A stretch of 64,000 bases of DNA, from positions 253,952,001 through 254,016,000 of the forward strand of contig OZ360219.1 in assembly GCA_977017645.1 (NCBI GenBank). Direction: 5' to 3'. Positions 1-12,824 of this stretch are shown here, in pieces. Each line of letters starts with the position of its first letter. Positions within the stretch are counted from its first letter, which is position 1. Made by a program: the position numbers and the translations under genes. Origin of the DNA: Torpedo marmorata (Eukaryota). The notes below the pieces were generated by a model. That model saw only the letters and a list, made by a program, of their open reading frames with translations. It ran no database searches and was not told where the DNA came from.

Positions 1-695
1 AAGGTACTGTCCCTTTCCACCAATGCCCCATCAATGTGTGGTCTCTAGGCCTCCCTTTTCTAAAATCCACAATAAGATTTTTGATCTTCTTGTTCTGGCA
101 CCACCCAACCAGGTTCTTGATCTCTCTCCTGTATTCTGACTCATCATTTCCAGTTGTTTGGCCAACATCGGTGGTGTTGTCAGTGAATTTGTAGGTTGAG
201 TTGGAGATGAACTTGGCAACACAGTTATGGGTGTAGATTGTGGTTTTCAAACTTTTTCTTTCCACTCACATACCACCTTAAGTAATCCCTATGCCATAGG
301 TGCTCTGTGATTAGTAAGGGATTACTTAAGGTGGTATGTGAGTGGGGAAAAAAGGTTGAGAACCACTGCTCTAGACTCAATTGTTACTGAAATATTTTGC
401 TTGAGAAAAATTGACATTGGCCCATTTCCTTTGGAGTTATGAAACCGTGCACATAACGAGTAAATTAGGTACGATTAAAACAGTGGTTTTCAAACTTTTT
501 CTTTCCACTCACATACCACTTTAAGTAATCCCTTACTAATCACAGAACACCTATGGCATAGGGATTACTTAAGGTGGTATGTGAGTGGAAAGAAAAAGTT
601 TGAAAACCACTTGTGAAGTCTAAAACACAACTTTGGGGTGCCCCAGTGTTGATGGTCAGCGTGGAGGAGGTGATATTGTTGATCCAAAGTGATTG
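1..695 (-). mobile_element. Degenerate Rex1/Babar-type LINE RT fragment, interrupted by a hAT MITE at 238-612
   Basis: Minus-strand sequence on both sides of the MITE resembles the [23 protein letters not shown] region of the better-preserved copy at 705-1986 (ggggtgccccagtgttgat at 635-653; ttggcaacacagttatgggtgtaga at 213-237). Confidence 0.6.
238..612. mobile_element. Composite hAT(Charlie)-like MITE: two ~130-bp self-palindromic units in inverted orientation around a 112-bp spacer
   Basis: Units 240-368 and 481-611 are each bounded by CAGTGGTT(T/C)TCAA-type TIRs. The loop of unit 2 is the reverse complement of the loop of unit 1. The Charlie-type target CTCTAGAC lies at 369-376. Confidence 0.75.
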
Positions 696-704
696 AGGAA
701 TTCA

Positions 705-1986
705 AGGTACCAAAGAAGAGTAGTGTGGGCTGCCTCAACGACTACTGCCCAATAGCACTAACTTCTACTGTGATGAAATGCTTTGAGAGGCTGGTCATAG
801 ACAGAATTAACACGTACCTAAGCAAAGATCTAGACCCACTGCAATTCGCCTATCGTCACAATCGCTCCACAGCAGATGCAATATTGCTGGCTCTCCACTC
901 AGCTCTGGATCACCTCGAAAACAACAATTCATACATACAGCTGCTCTTCATCGACTACAGCTCGGCCTCAAATACCATTATTCCCTCAGTGCTGGTCAAG
1001 AAGCTACAAACTCTCGGCCTCTGTACCCCACTCTGCAACTGGATTCTTGACTTTCTCATCAGAAGACCACAGTCAGTACGAATTGGAAACAACATCTCCT
1101 CCTCACTGATTATCAACACAGGCGCACCCCAAGGATGCGTGCTTAGTCCACTGCTCTACTCGTTATACACCCATGACTGTGTGGCCAGGCACAATTCCAA
1201 TGCTATCTACAAGTTTGCCGATGACACCACAGTTGTCGGCATAATCACAAACGGCAATGAGGAAGCGTACAGGAGGGAGATAGATCAGCTCGGTTGAATG
1301 GTGTAACGACAACAACCTTGAGCTCAACGTCAGTAAAACCAAGGAGATGATTGTGGACTTCAGGAGGAAGTCAGGGGAACATGACCCAGTCCTCATCGAG
1401 GGCTCAGTAGTGGAAAGGGTCAAGAACTTCAAATTCCTGGTGTCAACATCTCCGAGGATCTGCCCTGGAGCCTCCACATTGATGCAATCACAAATAAGGC
1501 TCGTCAGCGGCTATACTTTGTGAAGTGTCTGAGTATATTCGGTATGCCACCGAAGACTCTCGTAAACTTCTACAGGTGTACCGTAGAGAGCATTCTGGCT
1601 GGTTGCATCACTGCCTGGTATGGAGGCGCCAACTCTCAGGACAAGAATAAACTCCAGAGGGTTGTTAACTCGGCCCGTGACATCACAGGCACCAGACTTC
1701 ACTCCATCGAGGACATCTACATGAGGCGGTGTCTTAAAAAAGCAGCCTCTGTCCTCAAAAACCCCACCACCCAGGCCATGCCCTCTTCACTCTGCTACCA
1801 TCGGGAAAAAGGTACAGGAGCCTAAAGACGAGCACTCAACGGCACAAGGACAGCTTCTTCCCCGCTGCCATCAGATTCCTGAATAATCAATGAACCAAAG
1901 ACACTGCCTTACTTTTCGTGCACTATTATTATATATTTTTTATAGTAATGTCGTAAGATGGTTATAATATGAATGTTTGCCTATGC
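705..1986 (+). mobile_element. Rex1/Babar-type non-LTR retrotransposon, 5'-truncated, frameshifted RT
   Basis: [55 protein letters not shown], then KARQRLYF and [12 protein letters not shown]. Frameshifts near 1292 and 1440 relative to the copy at 47320-48418. Confidence 0.85.
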
Positions 1987-2062
1987 CCCTCATGACTTTA
2001 TGGACTTCAATATGATCCCCTCTCAACCTCCTACCCTCTAACGAATACAGGCCTAGTTTTTC

Positions 2063-5014
2063 ATGTCTCTCAAGACAACTGTAATTTGGGAATCTTTAAA
2101 AGCATATTTAAGAGGTTTGATAATAAGTTTTTCGGCAAAAATTAGAAAAGATTATTTGAAAGAAGAAGAAAAATTGGAAGGGGAGATTGAATTTATGGAA
2201 AAAGATTTTCAAAGAAATAAAACAATTTTTAAGAGACAACGTTTAATTGGGAAAAAATTACATTATAATATATTACAAACTCGAAAAATAGAAAAATTAA
2301 TTGGTAGAACAAAGCAAAGATATTATGAATTGGGAGAAAGAGCACATAAAGTTTTAGCATGGCAATTAAAAAAAGAACAAGTTTCTAAAACTATAAATGC
2401 TATAAAGAAAAGTACCGGTGAAATAACTTATAAACCTCAAGAAATAAATAATTCATTTAGAGAGTATTATCAGAATTTATACACTTCGCAGATGAATCAA
2501 GATGTTACAAAAATTGATAATTTTTTATCTAAAATTACATTGCCTAAATTGAATAGTTTTAATAGAGATTTGTTAGATTTACCCATTACAATGAGAGAAG
2601 TAGGTGAAGCTTTATCGTCATTGAAAAGTGGTAAATCTCCTGGTGATGAAGGATTTCCGATAGAGTTTTATAAGAAGTTTAAAGATTTATTGATACCTAT
2701 ATATATGGAAGTGTTGACTCAAATAAAGGAAACTCATTTATTACCGAAAACATTTTTAAATGCTATTATTACAGTTATACCAAAGAAAGATAGAGATGTA
2801 TTAAAAACTGAGTCGTATAGACCTATATCACTGTTGAATGTAGATTATAAAATAATGGCAAAAATTTTGACAAATAGATTAGCTAAGTTCTTACCGTTTT
2901 TAATACATCCAGACCAAGCAGGATTTATTAAAAATAGATATTCGAAGGATAATATAGCAAGATTAATAAGTTTAATTAATTTACAAAAAAGGAAACAGGA
3001 TTTGCCGTTAGTGATAGCATTAGAGGCAGAAAAAGCATTTGATAGATTAGAATGGAATTTTTTATTTAAGGTTTTAGAGAAATATGGATTTGGAAATATT
3101 TTTATAAATTGGATTAAGACTATATATAAGGAACCTACAGCTAGAGTAATTACAAATGGTCAAATATCATCTAAATTTTCCTTGACACGATCAACAAGAC
3201 AAGGATGTCCTTTGTCACCTGCTTTGTTTGTATTGGCAATAGAACCGCTGGCTGAAATGATTAGGAAAGATATTAATATAAATGGGATTAAAGTAGGTGC
3301 AGAAGAACATAAAATTAGTTTGTTTGCAGATGATGTATTAATATATATGACGAAATCTATTGAATCGCTTCAACAATTAGATAAGATATTGAGGGAGTAT
3401 GGTGAGATATCTGGATATAAAATAAACTCGGATAAGAGTGAGATAATGGCTTTATCTCAAGGAGACTATACTAAATGTAAAGAAGTTACAAAATTTAAAT
3501 GGGCTAAAGAAGCAATTAAATATTTGGGAGTTAAAGTAGATACAAAATTGGAAAATTTATATAAATTAAATTATATACCTTTATTTCAGAAAATAAAGAA
3601 AGATTTGGAAAATTGGAAAGATTTACCTATAACTCTAATGGGAAGAGTGAATTGTATTAAAATGAATATTTTTCCAAGAGTTCAATATCTTTTTCAATCT
3701 ATACCTTTTGGTATTCCTCAAAAATTTTTCAAAGATTTAAAAATCATTGTTAGAAAGTTTTGATGGAAAGGAAAATTAGCAAGGGTAAGTATAGATAAAT
3801 TAACTTGGGAATACGAAATGGGTGGATTACAGCTTCCCAATTTTCAATATTACTATAAGGCAGCACAATTAAAATTTATTAATGAATTTTTTGACTTAAC
3901 TAAAAATACTGCTTGGATTAATATAGAATTGAGTAATATAGGGGAAAGATATAAGGAAGATATTATTTATAAATGGAATTCTAAATTATTATTAATTAAA
4001 AAGAAAAAATCACCGATTATTAAACATTTATTGGAAATTTGGACTCAGTTAGATTATGAGATAGGACGAAAAGGATCAATATCTTTAAATATGCCATTAT
4101 ATCAGAATTTATTGTTAGCTTTTTCTATTGATAACCAATTTTTAAAATTATGGTATCAAAAAGGAATTAAGAAGATTAAAGATTGCTTTGAGGCGGGAAG
4201 ATTTGTTACTTTTTCTAGGTTGAAAGAAAAATTTGGAATAATGGATAATACGATTTTGGCTTATTATCAGGTTAAAGGATTTTTAGTTGAGAAATTGGGG
4301 AATCAATTAATATCTCCTAGACAAGATGGATTAGAGTTACTAATTACTAATGGAAATGTTAATAAATTTATATCACAAATGTATAAACTACTTCAGAGAA
4401 AGATGCCTAAAGTAGGATTACATAAATCTAGATTAAATTGGGAGTCAGATTTAAATATTAGTATAGATGAACAACATTGGAAAGAATTATGTAAATTGAG
4501 TATGACTAAAATTATTAATGTTAGATATAGATTAGTACAATATAATTTTTTTCATCAATTATATATAACACCTAAAAAATTAAAGAAATTTAATCCGGCA
4601 TTATCAGATATGTGTTTTAGGTGTAAAGATGAAATAGGTTCTTTTGTACACTGTACATGGTCATGTTTAAAAATTCAAAATTTTTGGTCTAAAGTTAAGG
4701 ATTTTTTAGATAGAATTTTTAATATTACGATTCCAATGGATCCTATGGTATTTTTATTTGGAGATATTAAAAAAATTAGTATTAGAAATGGATTGAATAT
4801 GTATCAAATAGAATTTTTACGAATTGTGTTAGCGATTTCAAAAAAATGTATCGCTATTACTTGGAAATCAGATTTAGATTTGAATTTAGATAGACTACAT
4901 GCAGAATTACGTTCTTGTATACCATTGGAAAAAATTACATATAATTTACGAGATAAATATCATTTCTTTTTGAAAATTTGGAGCCCATATATGAGAATTA
5001 TGGGTATGAATTAA
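2063..5014 (+). pseudogene. L1 ORF2 (RT plus C-terminal CCHC region, no endonuclease) with one in-frame stop
   Basis: ORFs 2063-3763 and 3818-5014 share a frame, separated by TGA at 3761-3763. Motifs YRPISLLNVDYKI, TRQGCPLSP, LFADD, GGLQLPN, CFRC..GSFVHCTWSC. Confidence 0.9.
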
Positions 5015-5321
5015 TTCTCTAAAAGTTGGTACCGCTGACAAATGTAACCTCCAATATATAAGTAGAGTTAGCTTGTAATTGTTTTCTCCTCATTCTAACT
5101 CTTAAATCTTTATTATTCAATTCTATTCTTCTTTTTTCTTTTTAACTAATACCTCTTTTTTTTTTCTCTTTCCTTTTTTTTTATTAGAATAGTGTGGGAG
5201 GGTTGGGGAGGGAAGGGTGGGAGAGGGGAGGTAATATATCACATGTATTTTGAATGATATACTATTTTTGATTCATGTATTTTGTGATTTTAAAAGTTAA
5301 ATAAAATTATTTTAAAAAAAA
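2082..5321 (+). mobile_element. L1-clade LINE, 5'-truncated, with 3' UTR, poly(A) and 10-bp TSD
   Basis: TSD AAGACAACTG at 2072-2081 and 5322-5331. AATAAA plus A-tail at ~5300-5323. T-rich/G-rich 3' UTR. Confidence 0.92.
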
Positions 5322-5719
5322 AAGACAACTGGAAACAACTTCGTAAGCCTCTCCTGTACCTTTTCCAACTTTATAAACTCCTTCCTTTAGATAGGTGAAC
5401 AAAACTGCACACAATATCCCAAGTGTGGCCTAACCAAAGTCTTGAACAACTTCAACATGACGTCCAAACACGTATTCAGTACCCCAATCAATGAAGGCAA
5501 GCTTCCCCAACGTTCTCTTCCCTACTCTGTCTACCTGTGCTTCTATCTTTGAAGAGCTATATACCTGCACCCCTGGATACCTATGTTCTGTAACACTCTT
5601 TAGAGCACTGCTGTTAAAAGAGTAAGTCTTGCTCTGATTTGATTTACCCAAATGGAGCACTTTGTTTTTCTCCAAGTTGAAATGCATCTGCCATTCCTTA
5701 GCCCAGTTCCCCATCTGTG

Positions 5720-6150
5720 GATTCTTTCCCTCTCTCCACTACTCCCTCCAAACCCCCCATCCTATTTGGTTACGCCTTGTCTCCATCATACCAGTATTGT
5801 CACCTTCTCTTCTTATCAGATTCCAGCACTGGCAGCTTTTGTCCCTACCTATCACCCACCACAGTCTGCATGAGTGATCTTCCTCCACCTCACTCTTCTA
5901 CTTCCCTTGCTTTGCTCTCCTCTATCTGGCATCTGCCAGTTGACTGCTTCTGTCCGTGATTGTTCACCTCTTCCTGGTCCACCAATCCTCCACTAGTCCC
6001 GGCCTTACCCATCCAACTGTCCTTATACCAACTCTCTCCTCCACACTCTCAGCCCTGATGAATGATTCCGCAATGTTGACAATTCTTTTTTTATCCCCTC
6101 ACTGACGCTACTCGGCGTGCTGAGTTCCTCCGGCAAGATTGTGTATTGTT
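5720..6150 (+). mobile_element. Penelope-like element terminal remnant (pyrimidine-rich tract, decayed hammerhead-like motif, GCTGAGTTCCTCC tail)
   Basis: Same architecture as 54250-54795: ctgatga at ~6055 and gctgagttcctcc at ~6119. Confidence 0.5.
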
Positions 6151-6269
6151 TAAAAGGGATGGATTGTGTTCTCAGAATGGAAGGCCATAAGCAATTTATT
6201 AGCTTGTCAAGGTAAACCTGTTAACTTTAAAATTTGTTCACAGAGAGATGCCTTGAATATTGAATCTTG

Positions 6270-6524
6270 NNNNNNNNNNNNNNNNNNNNNNNNNNNNNNN
6301 NNNNNNNNNNNNNNNNNNNNNNNNNNNNNNNNNNNNNNNNNNNNNNNNNNNNNNNNNNNNNNNNNNNNNNNNNNNNNNNNNNNNNNNNNNNNNNNNNNNN
6401 NNNNNNNNNNNNNNNNNNNNNNNNNNNNNNNNNNNNNNNNNNNNNNNNNNNNNNNNNNNNNNNNNNNNNNNNNNNNNNNNNNNNNNNNNNNNNNNNNNNN
6501 NNNNNNNNNNNNNNNNNNNNNNNN
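6270..6524. other. Assembly gap
   Basis: Run of N. Confidence 1.
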
Positions 6525-6740
6525 CACAGTAACAGGTCCTGGCCCACAATCCTGCGCTGCCCAAATACACCTGTGTGACCAAATAATACCATACTAGCCC
6601 CGTACGTCTTTGGAATGAGGGAGGAAACTGAGCACCTGGAGGAAACCAATTCAGACATGGGAAGAATGTACAAACTCCATACAGACAGCACCAGGTTTGA
6701 TCCCAGGTGCTGACCACTAAACTAATGGTGCTGCCCCATA
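6525..6740 (-). mobile_element. V-SINE (HE1-like) copy
   Basis: Reverse complement resembles the SINE at 10835-11080 (V-domain and gggcc..ctgttactgtg tail). Confidence 0.7.
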
Positions 6741-8340
6741 CAATATATAATGGAGATTCAACTGGTGACGTTTGTTCTAACTTTGAAAGAACACCTACCA
6801 CAGTGGGTTCTGGCCAAAAGTCTTTAAGAGATGAAGCAACCTGAATTGTTCAGTGAACTCTGGACAGAGGTAGACAGAAATCATGTTTCTTAACATAAAC
6901 AATAATCAGTAGCCAGCCATTCTTCTTTTCTTCCTTAGCTCATCTGTGAGTTAACTGAACCAATTGAAACACAACACACTACCCCAACATATATGATCTT
7001 GCTTGCAAATTCCAACTATGGCTCTCATTTTGGAATTACTATTAAAATCATACAATTTATGGAAGTAGTTATTAAAAGCACCAGTATTTGCATTTCAAAA
7101 GTATATTCTGAGCTATGAAGCACATTTTTTAAACAAACGTATTCTCAGGATATGTATTGATGTTGCCGAAAAGACCAATATTTATTGCTCACTCAATGCT
7201 GTCGTTGAGAAGATGGTAGCAAACTCATGCTATGAATGAATCTATTTCTGCAGTGCTCTTGCATTAGGATTCTACGTCTGAGGTCTAGTGTTTTGGAAAT
7301 AATTTAATTTATTTATTCCTGCATGTTTTTACTAAGTCATCATTCATCTCTAACTGTCTACTTGTCTTTTATATATCAGTTGAAAGTCAGTGAGTCTGGA
7401 GTCACAGAGTCCAGACCAGGAAAGGAGAACAGATTACCAAAGATGTTAATGGACCAAATTACTTTCTCGTGGTTTCATCATAATCTTTAATAACTGTGAA
7501 CATAACAGGATTTTAATTCCAGATTTATTTAATATTTGAATTTAAATTCCCTGCTGCTGAGGTGCGATTTCAAATCATGTCCCTGAATCAATATTTGAGC
7601 TTCTGAATTCTAAGTACTTTAAGTAATTTGACCACCAAGCCACTAAGCCTCACTGAGATTTCAAAAGGCATTGCTTAAATTACTCTCTTTTGTTTCATGA
7701 CAAAATATATTGCTTTGATTCTCTATCTATAATGATCTCTGTCCGGACAATATATGGGAATTTTGGAAAGGATCTCAGTATTTATCAGCAGGAGAGGAAA
7801 TATTGCCTGCTCCTCACTCCTCTTCTTTGTTCTGTGGTATTTGGGTGATAAGAATGGAGTTGTACTGTGATATAAAGGCTGATCATGCTCAGTACTGAGA
7901 CTCAAACAAGAAGAGTAATTGCTAGATTTAAATGCTGGAGATCGTTCGGGAAGTGGGTGCGACAGAGGCTGAGGTAATGGCTTCCATCAAGTATCTCTGG
8001 GGTCCACGCCATGAAGTAGTCAAGTGACATGGAGGTCTGAGAGGAGTGATGTGCGGCCATGGGCCAGGTCTGCTCTGGAGGAGCCAAAGGGCCATTGCTT
8101 AGGGTCGATGGTCAAAGGTCCCCTATGAGGCCACAAGCACTGATGGGATTCAGGACTGGGGGGATGGAGGGGGGGGGGGTTTGGCAGGGGAATGGGATGG
8201 AGAATAGACCTTCTGAAAATCTGCATGGGCTCTGATGTCTTCAGGGAATTGGGACCAGAAGCACAATAGAGAGCACACAGCTGGATATGAAGGCATTAGG
8301 GGGCAGTGGACCACATTTGAGGAAGCAGCATGATCTCTGC

Positions 8341-8341
8341 T

Positions 8342-8425
<84 letters not shown>
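8341..8425. repeat. (CTTT)n microsatellite
   Basis: About 21 perfect tetramer units. Confidence 0.98.
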
Positions 8426-10834
8426 TTGAATGGTATGCAAAAGAAAACTTTTTACTCTATCTCAGTGCACGTGACAATAATAAATAACTGGAATAAATCT
8501 AATCCAATGTTGGAAGGGGAACGGAAGCATTTCTCATTACTTATTTGGGAGGAAAGGAGATCAAAGGGATAAATGGTACCATGGCTAAGTACTGTTGGGC
8601 TACCTATTGCTGTCATGCTCCACCCAGTTGGGTTCTTTACATCATTCACTTTAGATCAATGTGCTCAAAAATAATCTTGACAGCTGCTAGTCAGTGAAAG
8701 GTACACCTTAAATGGGGAAAAAATGTCCATGCCTCGTTGTAGCTCTTGAATCTGACATAATTTGGCTCAAATCATAGGTAACAGAATGACTGATGTTTGC
8801 AAATCCCGTACAGCAGCTCTGTCATTCAGGAATCAGGCAGCTTGGTCTATGGTTGTGTGATCAAGTCACTTTTGGTAATGGGATATTGAAGATCCCCAGC
8901 AAGACACATCCTGTGCCTTGCTATTTCCAATAATTGATCACTGATTCTTAAGGTTTCATGGCTTTTGAAGTTAATGCTGATGACTTGCAAGGCTGTGTAC
9001 CATTGTGCCACCACCTTTTGTGGGTCTGTTCTACTGCTGACACAGAATGTATTCCTGATGAGGGATCTGGCACAATATCAACTATGATTCTCTGCTAATA
9101 ACAACGTTAAGCTATTCTTTGACTAGTCTTTGGGACGTCTTTCTGTTTAGACATTGGATGTTAGTGAGGAAGGTTTTACAAAATCAGAGAGTGTTGGAGA
9201 AACTTCCCCAGTTATGGGTGGTCCTTCCAGTTCTGTGTTTTCTCTCTGCTTCTCAGATGAGTTATAACTGAGTGGGTTGCTGGGCCAATTCAGGGGCAAT
9301 GTAAGAGTCTAGCATGCAGACCAGATCAAGTACAGAGGACAGATTTTCTCACTGAAGGTCACGAGGGAAACAGTTAGGCTTTTATTCAGGATTTATCCAG
9401 GAACATCATGGTCATCATTTTTGTGAACGTGTTTTCTATCCTGGGATTCTTCCCTCTTTCTTGGTCTGCTCCTCCAATCCATATTATGACAACCTCTGAG
9501 TGTGATGCTCATTTGACACACTGAAGAACATTGGAGAAAGGTTGAGTGGTGAGATGAAATGTTCGCTCAGTGATGTTCACTCCCTCAGGCCTCTCTTGAC
9601 ACTTGAGACTGAAATGGGCAGAAGCATGCGAGGGAACATGAGTCAAAAATGATTTCTGAGCTGTAAAGTATGACTACCATAGTGATCCCATCCAATTGTT
9701 TTGAAACACGTTGCTCTTTGTTGAGACATCCGTTCTGGTCATTGTGCACCTTGAAGTGGTTAGTTGAGGCATGCATTGAACCACTTGAGAGATTTCTCAT
9801 TGCTGGATGTACATGCACTTCACTGTGTTGAACTTTTTGCCTTTCCATACATTTCCCTTCCCATTACATGGTTCTCACCTCGTAACCACAAACTGCAATC
9901 ACACAATGGAATTTTTTTTTTTGCACATTATGCAACTCAATTTCAATAAAATAGCCAATCACAAAGGAAGATTAATTGCAATTTTCATGGCCCAACTCTC
10001 TCCTTCAGGTTTCTCCTTCCATCTGATTGGATTGAGGACATGTACAGTAGCCCGTGATCGATGCTATTGGATGTTGTTTCTGTGATTCTGAATGACATGG
10101 CCACTCCATAACTGTTTATCTAAATGGGAACAGCTGAACAGGTGCCATGGCAGGAGGCCCAAACTGAAATCTCTCAGATGGATACTTTGTAAGTAAAATA
10201 TATTTATGTTGTAACTACTCATCCTGAGAAGCCAAATCCCACAGTATTTCATGCTACGCAATCCCCGATGGCTTACTGAGCACTTGCTACTCCACACCGC
10301 ATGACCACTTCCCTACCCTGTCCCAATGATTGGCTACATAGAGTCCCAACACTGAAGGAAAATCCAAGCCTCCACCCCAAAGAATACACCTTCCTAACCT
10401 CCTTGCTGATCCCTTATCCAGTTTCCTCAGATTTCTTAACTGATGTTCAACCACTGATCCAATCCTTGTAGACTCTTGCTCCAGCTCAGCATCCAGTCAT
10501 GACCCATGCCCTCCTGTTGATCCTAACTCACCTTTAAAATAATAATTCCTTCAAGACTCCATGTCTCCTGCATCAGATTTCCCTACAACTTGGGGACCCA
10601 GATCTGCGTCTTAACTGATTTCCTTTGCATACTCTGCAAAGGTAGAGTGCACACGAGAAAAGGCTAACTTTTGTTTGTTTTTATCTGGTCTTTATTGGTC
10701 TTTATCTGAAGGAGAGGAATTAATGCTAAGTCCCATTCCATTCTCGTTTAGTTCTGGGTAACAGACCTTAGTTCCCGGAGGACGTAAAATACAGGTTTTC
10801 CATGGATTATTTAAAATAATAAAAGGAATAATTG

Positions 10835-11084
10835 GTGTGGCACGGTTGGCATAGCGGTTAGCGCAATGCTGTTACAGTGCCAGCGATTGGGACCAGGGTT
10901 CGAATCCCGCACTGTCTGTAAGGAATTTAAACGTTCTTCCTGTGTCTGCATGGGTTTTCCTGGGGACTCCGGTTTCCTCCCACCATTCGAAACGTACAGG
11001 GGGTTGTAGGATAATTGGGTGTAATTGGACAGCACGGGCTCGTGGGCCAAAATGGCCTATTACCGTGCTGTGTGTCTAAATTTT
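10835..11084 (+). mobile_element. tRNA-derived V-SINE (HE1-like) with CR1-type tail
   Basis: A-box-like TGGCATAGCGG, B-box GGTTCGAATCC, V-domain gtgtctgcatgggttttcc..ctccggtttcctcccacc, tail gggccaaaatggcctattaccgtgctgt. Confidence 0.8.
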
Positions 11085-11962
11085 TTTATTAAAAAATATA
11101 TATTTTATTTAAAATTTTAAATCACTCGATAATACATATTATAAAATGCAAAATTATCAAAATACATGTGATATATTTTCACCCCCCCTTCCTCCCTTCC
11201 CTCCCTAACCCTCCCACCCTTACTATTCTAATAAGATAGAAAGAAAGAAAGAAAGAAAAAGATAAAGTAAGGAGAATGTCAATCTAAAAAGAACACGTAT
11301 AAGCTAATTTTATTGTGGAACCCAGGTTCGCCATTCAGATCTGATATCCAGAGATCTTCAAATCCTTAAACCCACAGTTTTTATATATGGGCTCCATATT
11401 TTAAAAAAGAAATGATATTTGTTATGTAAATTATAAGTAATTTTTTCAAGTGGTATAGCTGAACGAAGTTCTGCATGCCATCTCTCTAACCCTAAATCTA
11501 CATCAGATTTCCATGTAATAGCAATGCATTTCTTTGAAACAGCTAAAGCAATTCACAAAAATTCTATTTGCTACATATTTAATCTCATTTTAGTACTAAT
11601 TCTTTTAATATCTCCAAACAAAATATCATAGGATCCATTGGGAGTGTAATTCTTAATACTTTGTCTAAAAACTTTTTAACTTTCAACCAGAAATCATATA
11701 TCTTTGGACAAAGCCATGTAGAATGTAAAAAAGAACCTTCCTCTCTATTACATCTAAAACATAAACCTGATAATGTCGGATTAAATTTCTTTAATTTCTT
11801 AGGTGTTAAATATAATTGATGCAAAAAGTTATATTGCACCAACCTATATCTAACGTTAATAAACTTTGTCATACTTTGTTTACATATTTCTTTCCAATGT
11901 TCCTCATCTATCGTTACATTCAAATCTGATTCCCATTTTAATCTTGATTTATGAATTCCTAA
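11085..11962 (-). mobile_element. L1 3' fragment (related to 2082-5321) inserted into the SINE tail
   Basis: ORF 11585-11923 aligns with the C-terminus of 3818-5014 (INVRYRLVQYNF.HQLY.TPKKLKKFNP). 17-bp TSD CTGTGTGTCTAAATTTT at 11068-11084 and 11963-11979. Confidence 0.9.
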
Positions 11963-12824
11963 CTGTGTGTCTAAATTTTAAAAAAAATTGTAGTACTGAG
12001 TTCATGAACAAAAGTTCATGGTTTACTGCACATCTTGCCTTCACCAGGAATTTCTAGGGAATGTACTCTTCCAATGAAACTGCAGCTTTTGCTGATAAGT
12101 TTTGTGTGACACTAAAAGGCACAGCAAATATTTCAGATACCCATACTAAGACTTTATAGATGCAAAAATAATCAAATGAGGAATGGAATATTGGTCTTTA
12201 TCTGAAGGAGAGAAAGTAATGCTTAGTCCCATTCCATTCTCGTTTAGTTCTGGGTAACAGACCTTAAGTCCCAGAGGAGGTAAAATACAGGTTTTCTATG
12301 GATTATTTAAAATAATAAAAGGAATAATTGCAATTCTACTGGTGCTGGATTTCACAACAGGGGAGACACAATCTCAAAATTAGATCAGAAGTATAATTGG
12401 GAATAATTTTTTCACTCCAAAGATAGTAGAAACATAGAATAGAATAGAATAGGCTTCACTGCTGTAAGTTTTGGATGAGTTAAAATGTTCAAAACTGAGG
12501 TAGTAAGAAAGCAGAGGATAACAGAGTCAAGCAAATTCAATGGAGTGATTGATAGGCCATTACTGAAATTGTATCATAGAACAGACTAGGGAGCTGAATA
12601 TGCAAGTGGTTTTACAAAGTTTTCAATGAAGGATTATCTCCATGTGACAAGCTTAATTCATAAAAGGTATTGTCACCTTCTTTTGATCTAGCTGATTGAC
12701 TGATCTAAAAGTAAAACTCTTGATACACTTTGGCCATGCCATTTAGCATTAATCAACATCACTCTTACCAGTAGTTCAGCTGATAGTGATATTGCCTCCA
12801 AAAGAGAAGTTTTTTTTAAAATGA

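Larger units (their letters stand above)
1987..5720 (-). mobile_element. Old CR1 LINE 3' RT fragment (1987-2071 plus 5332-5720) split by the L1 insertion
   Basis: ORF 5430-5714(-) WAKEWQMHFNLEKNKVLHLGKSNQ is a typical CR1 RT C-terminus. The sequence continues across the L1 TSD. Confidence 0.7.
10693..12330 (+). repeat. ~142-bp direct repeat pair (10693-10834 and 12189-12330)
   Basis: tattggtctttatctgaaggagag...aataataaaaggaataattg occurs twice with only a handful of substitutions. Confidence 0.9.

Noticed and set aside
6166-6801. ORFs spanning the N gap (also 17707-17968)
   Set aside because: Artefacts of undetermined bases.
8150-8572. KERK/FFLS repeat ORFs
   Set aside because: Translations of the (CTTT)n microsatellite.
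10835-10915. tRNA gene
   Set aside because: A/B boxes belong to a SINE head that continues into the V-domain and LINE-like tail; no clean cloverleaf or terminator.
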